Assembly (NCBI RefSeq): GCF_009914755.1
Contig: NC_060938.1
Direction: 5' to 3' (one strand)
Source of the DNA: the human T2T-CHM13v2.0 reference genome, Homo sapiens
DNA length: 64,000 nucleotides
A program made the translations under genes and the position numbers. The notes under the pieces are model-generated. The model was not told the origin of the DNA. It did not search any database and saw only the letters and a list, made by a program, of their open reading frames with translations. This document shows, in pieces, positions 57,386-64,000 of the stretch. Position 1 is the stretch's first letter. Every line of letters begins with the position of its first letter.

Positions 57386-57872
57386 TATAGAAATATTTAG
57401 TCCTAACCAATACTCTGTGAATGGTAGAGTTCTAGGAGCATCTAAACTCTTTTCAAGGTAACAAGTATATTTTCAAGAAAATGTGTCTGTATTAGTATAT
57501 CTAAATCTTTAACCTTGTCAATTATATTTAATCTTACCTGAAAAATGTGTTAAAAAAGGAGACTAGAAAAAGGAGAGGCCAAGAGCAGGAATTTCTCAGT
57601 GTGTCTTCAGCATGGCCCTGGGCAGAGGAAGCAACTTCCACTCCCCTTAGCAGCTTCCAATCCCCTTTGCAAGTCTATTCTCAACAGTGAAGATGGATAC
57701 ATCAGACAAGCTTGATGCCATTAGTAATGGTGATCCAACTAACTCTCACTGCCATGAATCCAAAGTGATCAAGCAATCTTTGGTTACAGTGTGGCTTCCC
57801 ATATGGATTTTCCCACAGAGAGAGGATGTGTTCTTTACAGCCCCAAGGACCCCAGTCCTTTTAAAGCTATAG

Positions 57873-57993
57873 TTCTTAAATCAGTCAGCATTAAATTCTT
57901 AATTAATTAATTCTTAAATCGGTCAGCATTAAACTTAAATTCTTAATTAATTAATTCTTAAATCAGTCAGCATTAAACTTAAATCAGTCAGCA
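57873..57993. repeat. Mosaic AT-rich tandem repeat
   Basis: CTTAAATC(A/G)GTCAGCA x4 interleaved with TTCTTAATTAATTAA x2. Confidence 0.9.
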
Positions 57994-58129
57994 CTCTAGT
58001 TTATATTTAAGTATCTCAGGGGCTTGATTATGAATCTGAACATTTTTGACTATTCTGACAAAACTGAATTTCTAGAATGATAAAGTTTTAGCTCAGACCC
58101 TCGAACAGTATTTCGCCAAGAAAAGTTAA

Positions 58130-58300
58130 AATTTATGGCATGAGAATCATCTAGGGAGCTTGTTAAACATACAGATTCCTGAGACTCATATTGTACTTAT
58201 ACTAAATCAGAATCTTTAAAGATGAGGCTCAAGATCTGCATTTTACCAAGGCTTCCAAATGATTCTAATGTACTTTAATAAAGCTGGAAAGTCACTGTCT
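58130..58300. mobile_element. MER5-family element
   Basis: AGAATCATCTAGGGAGCTTGTTAAACATACAGATTCCTG...AATCAGAATCT...TCTGCATTTTA. Confidence 0.65.
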
Positions 58301-59773
58301 GAGAAGCAAGGGATCGCATCTAATGAAGCTCTGTTTGGGCATTTGGCCAGTTTCCGACATATCATCTCCATCTTTATACATTGTAACAAAGTGTTTCAGC
58401 GAATTCCTGTCAAGGCTTGGTGTCTTTCACAATCCGGCCTCACTTTTCCAGTCTCATTTCTCACCTTTCCTCTCAATCACTTTATGCTTCAACACTCTGA
58501 ATACACGATTTTCATGGCTCTAGGCCTCTACATTACTTGAGGGTTTTTCTTTTTGGGGGAGAAGAGGGGGTGGACGACAAATAGCATCCCAGTTCCTTGC
58601 CTGAGTTCTAAACCAACTGAAGGAGGCAGTTTGAGAACAAAATATCACTATTATTACCAACAATGCCTAGATTGGAGAATGTGGCTTATATATGGAAACT
58701 AAAAGCCTTCTTAATTCTGAAGCCCAGAATTAGACATACTTACCCATCCTGTCTCAGGAAGAACAGGATAACTACTGGCCTCATCTCTCATAAGCAACCA
58801 ATTATTTCTAAGCTTATGTAAGGCCAAGAGCAGACCAGGTCTATCAGACAGAGGAGGGAGGAAGGAAGTGGCTGAGGCTGAGTCAAGCATACCAAGTTCC
58901 TGCTCCCTAACTCATTAGTTAAAATAAGCAATTCCTCTACAACTGGGAAGAAATGATGAGTGAAGGGATGGAAAGAGTCCAGGACCATTGCTCTAATGGA
59001 TGTCCCTTGACAAGAAAGGAAACAACTGGAGTGGAGAGTAATGCACCCCCATGACAGCATGCCCTACTGGTGCTTGAGGTACCCTATTACTCTCCAATCC
59101 TTTCTCTTAGTTTGACTACCTTATTCCTACTCATCTTTCAAGATATAGCACAAATGTTCACTCCTCTGTGAAGCTTGAGGAACTGAGGGGAGTACTCCCA
59201 CCTTAATGCTGTCATAGGACTTTAAATGACTTTTATTATGGTACTTTTCATGTAATACACTTAGCTATTTTCTTTCTCTTATGAGTGCAGGGATTGTGAC
59301 TTATATGTCTTTATATTTCCATAGTAGGTGTCCGATGAATTTTTGCTGAATGACTGTGAAAAAGAAGGTACATTCAAATATTTTTAAAGCTTAGTATTTT
59401 TAAGCCTGATTATAGCACCAAGACCAACAAGAAGACTAGTATTTTCCTTTATAGGATTTTCTTTTCTGAAAAAATTGACTAACAAATCTGGTCAAGGCTG
59501 ATATTGCCTATTTAAGCCCCATCATAGAAACCCAATTGGCATCATCTTATTAACATGGCATATATGACTGATGATCTGATCCTAAAACAGGCCTTCTTTC
59601 AGTTACTGTAGCTTTACCTACTCAGGATAAACTAGTAGGTAATAATCACTTAAAAAAATTCTCCAATGAAGTAGAAACTACTAATAGAGAAGTTATTTCA
59701 GGTAAAACTTGAAATTTCAAAGTTCAATTATAAATTTATATTATGATTAATGATTTGCATGCATGTTTTATAA

Positions 59774-60094
<321 letters not shown>

Positions 60095-60148
60095 TAATTG
60101 TGTAAAGAAAGGATAAAAGGCATTTTACTTTTAAATTTCAACACTACA

Positions 60149-60446
60149 GGCCAGGCATGGTGGCACATTCCTGTAATCCCAGCACTTTGGGAGGCTGAGG
60201 TGGAAGGATCACTTCAGGTCAGGAGTTCCAGGCCAGCCTGGGTAACAGAGGGAGATCCCATCTCTATAAAACATAGAAAAAATTAGCCTGGCATGGTGGT
60301 GCACGCTTATAGTCCTAGCTACTTGGAAGGCTGATGCAGGAAGATCACTTGAGCCCAGGAGTTAGAGGCTATAGTGAGCTATGATCATGCCACTGTACCC
60401 TAGCATGGGTGACAGAGTGAGACCTTGTCTCAAAAAAAAAAAAAAA
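60149..60446 (+). mobile_element. AluJ
   Basis: TSD-like TTCAA(C/T)ACTA. Confidence 0.9.
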
Positions 60447-60839
60447 TTCAATACTATATGTCTTTATAGCAGGGATGATTTATAATTATGAAATGGAGAT
60501 ATAATTATGAAATGAAACATAAGATTTTCAGCTTTAATTGATAGCACCAATTTGTAGATCCTTGTAAATAACACAAAAAGTTATTTGTGTGGTACTCTTA
60601 ATTTTAAGATGAACATTTGACGTTAGAGAATATATAACTGTCCCTGTGTAAAACTGGCTTGTTTTCAAACTTACCTTTTGTTTCAATTATTAGTTGTGGT
60701 AAATCTCCCAAATGATTTGTAAATAGCATGTATTAAGTGGTAAAATGCACTGAGCTAGGATCTGCTCAAGGCTAAATCTCTCCCTGTTCATTTCGAATAA
60801 CACAAAACAAAAAACAAAACAAAACATACCAAGTAGAAA

Positions 60840-61160
60840 GACCAGGAGCGGTGGCTCATGTCTGTGATCCCAGCACTTTGGGAAGCCTAGGTGGGCGGAT
60901 CCGTTGAGCTCAAGAGTTGAAGACCAGCCCAGTCAACAAGGTGAAACCCCATCTCTACCAAAACCAAAACAAAAACAAAAAACTCCACAAATATTAGCCA
61001 GACGTGGTGATGCACGCCTGCAGTCCCAGCTACTGGGGGGCTGAGATGGGAGGATCACCTGAACCCTGAGAGGTTGAGGCTGCAGTGAACCGTGATTGCA
61101 CCACCACACTCCAGCCTGGGTGACAGAGTGAGACTGTGTCTCAAAAGAAAAAAAAAAAAA
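60840..61160 (+). mobile_element. AluJ
   Basis: Consensus match. Confidence 0.9.
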
Positions 61161-62474
61161 GAGAGAGAGAGGAAGATACAACTACTTAAAGAACATCCCA
61201 GCAAGAGATATATTTGACCTGTTCTGTTAAAGAGATCCAACGGATTTGGGAGTGGATAGGACAATCAAATAATTTTCAAAATCAGCCTTTAATGTCATTT
61301 TAATACATTTATTTCTATTGGTATAATCCCAGACGTTCTTTAATTCTGTTTCAAACAGGTGTCTGTTAGTGTACTTTCTTCCGTTTAGGACCTACCATAA
61401 ACTTAAAAATTGAGCTGTTTTGTCAATCAGCATCTGTTAAACTCAGGGTCTATATTTCAGTAAATGTGCTTCTGTTTAACTATCTTTTTACGGTCATAAG
61501 AGAAATAAACATATAAAATAAATGCATGTCAATGCATAGCTGTGCAGGAGTACAGATGTTTTATTAATGAAAATGAATCCAGCTTTTTGTAAGTCATGGC
61601 AGCAATATAACATTTCATTGTTTGCTTCTGTGCTAGACAGTCCCTGCTGTTTCCACATAGAAATTCCTGTAATGCTTAATGGACATCTGGAAGAATTCAG
61701 CCAATTAATCGAATTCATGTAGGAACTAGGCTAATGGCTGTCTGAAAGGCAGATTACATTAAATCAAACTTGCAATATGAATGAAAGCACTTAATCATAC
61801 ATGCAACATTCATTAGATGCGACACAGCAAGTGTTTTGATTACTTTAATGAAAGATCAGGTAAAGTGCATCAGCTGAACAGATTGAAAAGACAGCATGCT
61901 TACAAATGTTTGATTATGCTGAATATCAACAGAAACAGTGCCAGTAATTTATAGCAAAACATATTTGTAAGTGTCTAGAGCTGGTGAACTCAGTGAAATT
62001 CAAAGCCCATGCTCAAAACAATAATTAATAGCCATATATGATAAAACTTTAATCGGATGTCAGGAAAAGAGACAGATTGCCAGAAGTTTAGTAATTTATA
62101 GTCACTGGGTGCCTTCATATTTTGAATGGCTTGAAATATCTTTGAACCTCAATTTCATTTACTTTGAGGTACACAGTTCTTGAGTCATAAGGTGTTATTA
62201 TACTAAAAACACTGTACTAAAAGAGGAATTAAATTTGTATGTTGGGCTTTAAAACCTCATGCCAGGAATTAAAATGCTATTCTTAATAGTTGTTTCTGCC
62301 TATTTCATGAATATTTCCACTTTTTCCTTTTTAATTATCTCATCGATTTTTCCCTAATATTCTACAGAAAGAAAGGCTAAAAAGTACATTTTCTAGATAA
62401 TAGTATTATAAGTCTTGTAATATATTATAGCAAATGCTATTTGCAGCTTTTTGGATAAAATAAAAAAGATACAG

Positions 62475-62787
62475 CAGTGGTCCCCAACTTTTTTGGCACA
62501 AGGGACTGGTTACATAGAAGACAATTTTTCCATGGACAGGGGTGGGGGTGGGAATGGTTTTGAGATGAAACTGTTCCACCTCAGATCATCAGGCATTAGA
62601 TTCTCATAAGGAGCACCAACCTAGATCTCTCACAGGTGCAGTTCACAACAGGGTTCGTGTGCCTACGTGAATTTAATGCTGCTGCTGATCTGAAAGGAGA
62701 CAGAGCTCAGGTGGTAATGCTCGCTTTCCTGCCACTCAATTCCTGCTATGTGGCCTGGGTCCATGGCCCTGGGGTTGGGGACCCCTA
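62475..62787 (-). mobile_element. MER1B (hAT-Charlie)
   Basis: TIRs CAGTGGTCCCCAAC / GTTGGGGACCCCT; 8-bp TSD AGATACAG/AGATAAAG; internal CAGATCATCAGGCATTAGATTCTCATAAGGAGC. Confidence 0.9.
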
Positions 62788-62916
62788 AGATAAAGGATAT
62801 ATGTATCCTTTTATATTTCATATATTAAATAATTATTTTATAATTAATAAAATTATGAAATGTATATTTTACATAATTTTCCATATATATATATATAAAA
62901 TTTCCTTTCGGTTCTC

Positions 62917-63392
62917 TTTTTTTTTTTTCCCCAGAGATGGGGTTGGTCTCATTATGTTCCTTAGGCTGGTCTTGAATTCCTAACCTCAAGTGATCCTCCT
63001 GCCTCAGCCTCCTGAGTAGCTGGGATTACAGGTGCCAGCCATCACACCCAGCTTTCTTTCTTTTTTTCTTTTTTTTGAGATGCAGTCTTACTCTGTTGTC
63101 CAGGGACCGGTAGTTGGTAAAGAAGGTGGTGGAGCAAGTGGAGAGCACAGTGGCACAGCCTCTGCTCACTGCAGCCTCCACCTCCCAGGTTCAAGTGATC
63201 CTTCTGCCTCAGCCTCCCCAGTAGCTGGGACTACAGGCGTGCACCATCACACCCGGGCTAATTTTTATATTTTTAGTAGAGACAGGGTTTCACCATGTTG
63301 GCCAGGCAGGTCTTGAACTCCTGACTTCAAGTGATCCACCTGCCTCAGCTTCCCGAAGTGTTGGGATTACAGGTGTGAGCCACCATGCCTGG
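62917..63392 (-). mobile_element. FLAM (62917-63053) plus Alu (63058-63392)
   Basis: Alu TSD ACACCCAGCTTTCT at 63044-63057 and 63393-63406. Confidence 0.88.
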
Positions 63393-63483
63393 ACACCCAG
63401 CTTTCTGTAAGTACTTTTAATACTAGACAGGACTGACTTTAAAGGTGGTGGAAACCACTTTTTTTTGGGTTTAACAGAAGGAC

Positions 63484-64000
63484 TTTTTTTTAACCTCTGA
63501 ACTTTTTATTGGCTTCCTGTTCCCCAAAGGGTATCCTGCTTCTGCTGGCTCAGTGTCTCAGAACTTCTGTGTCATTGGTCTCAGACACTACTTTGCCATC
63601 CACTATCCTGCAGGTGGTGGTCTTGTGGATGGTTTGCATGGAGTTGCTGCTGTCCAGGGCATCATCAAGATTGAAGTCCTCCCTGTCTTCCAGCAGGCGG
63701 TGGTAGGTGGTGATCTCAGCCTCCAGCTTAGCTTTGATGTTCAGCAGGGCCTCATACTTCTGGGCCTGGTGCTGCCCCTCTGCCCGTGTGTGCCAGCAAG
63801 ATCCCATTGAGCTGCTCCATCTACATGGGTAACGTGTCTCTACCTCTCTCAGGCTGTTCTGCAAGCTGAGCTTCAGATTTCTCATTGGGTCCAGGTCGAT
63901 CTCCAAGGACTGGACTGTATGTCTCAGCTCCGTGAGTGTATTCTCAGCAGCTCCAATCTCGGCGAACTGCGTGGTGACCACTGTGGTGCTCTTTTCAAAC
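63484..64000 (-). pseudogene. KRT18: Processed pseudogene of keratin 18 (3' part; continues beyond the window)
   Basis: ORF 63550-63981 translates to KRT18 coil 2 and tail (LTELRHTVQSLEIDLD...YEALLNIKAKLEAEITTYHRLLED...DALDSSNSMQTI...VDGKVVSETNDTEVLRH). It is intronless and followed by the KRT18 3'UTR, AATAAA (TTTATT at 63505-63510) and a poly(A) remnant (T-run 63484-63491). The symbol is the parent gene. Confidence 0.97.

Noticed and set aside
57873-57993. CRISPR-like repeat-spacer array
   Set aside because: Primate DNA, the spacers are themselves repeated, and there are no cas genes.

Overview
Primate (human-like) non-coding genomic DNA, probably a long intron or intergenic interval. No intact protein-coding exon or RNA gene could be recognised, and the host locus could not be identified. 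Roughly two-thirds of the window is interspersed repeat. This includes about 50 Alus, three long ancient L1s (one full-length with a perfect 14-bp TSD, inserted into a MER5), MaLR and ERV1 solo LTRs, two orphan ERVL fragments, DNA transposons (MER6, Tigger3, MER1B, MER5) and MIR/L2 relics. There are two processed pseudogenes: a full-length RPS3A retrocopy (+, about 20018-21175, split by an AluSc) and the 3' part of a KRT18 retrocopy (-, 63484 to the window end). Almost all supplied ORFs are Alu, L1 or microsatellite artefacts. I see no convincing new biological system. The best leads are: fold-back templated-insertion scars inside the full-length L1; a mosaic repeat that multiplies Maf and homeodomain motifs; repeat-free TAATTA-rich blocks resembling developmental enhancers; a textbook recursive-splice motif on the minus strand; a frameshift-rescued KRT18 pseudogene ORF; and several nested insertion histories. 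Repeat family calls come from recalled consensus sequences rather than a RepeatMasker run, so subfamilies and some boundaries are approximate.
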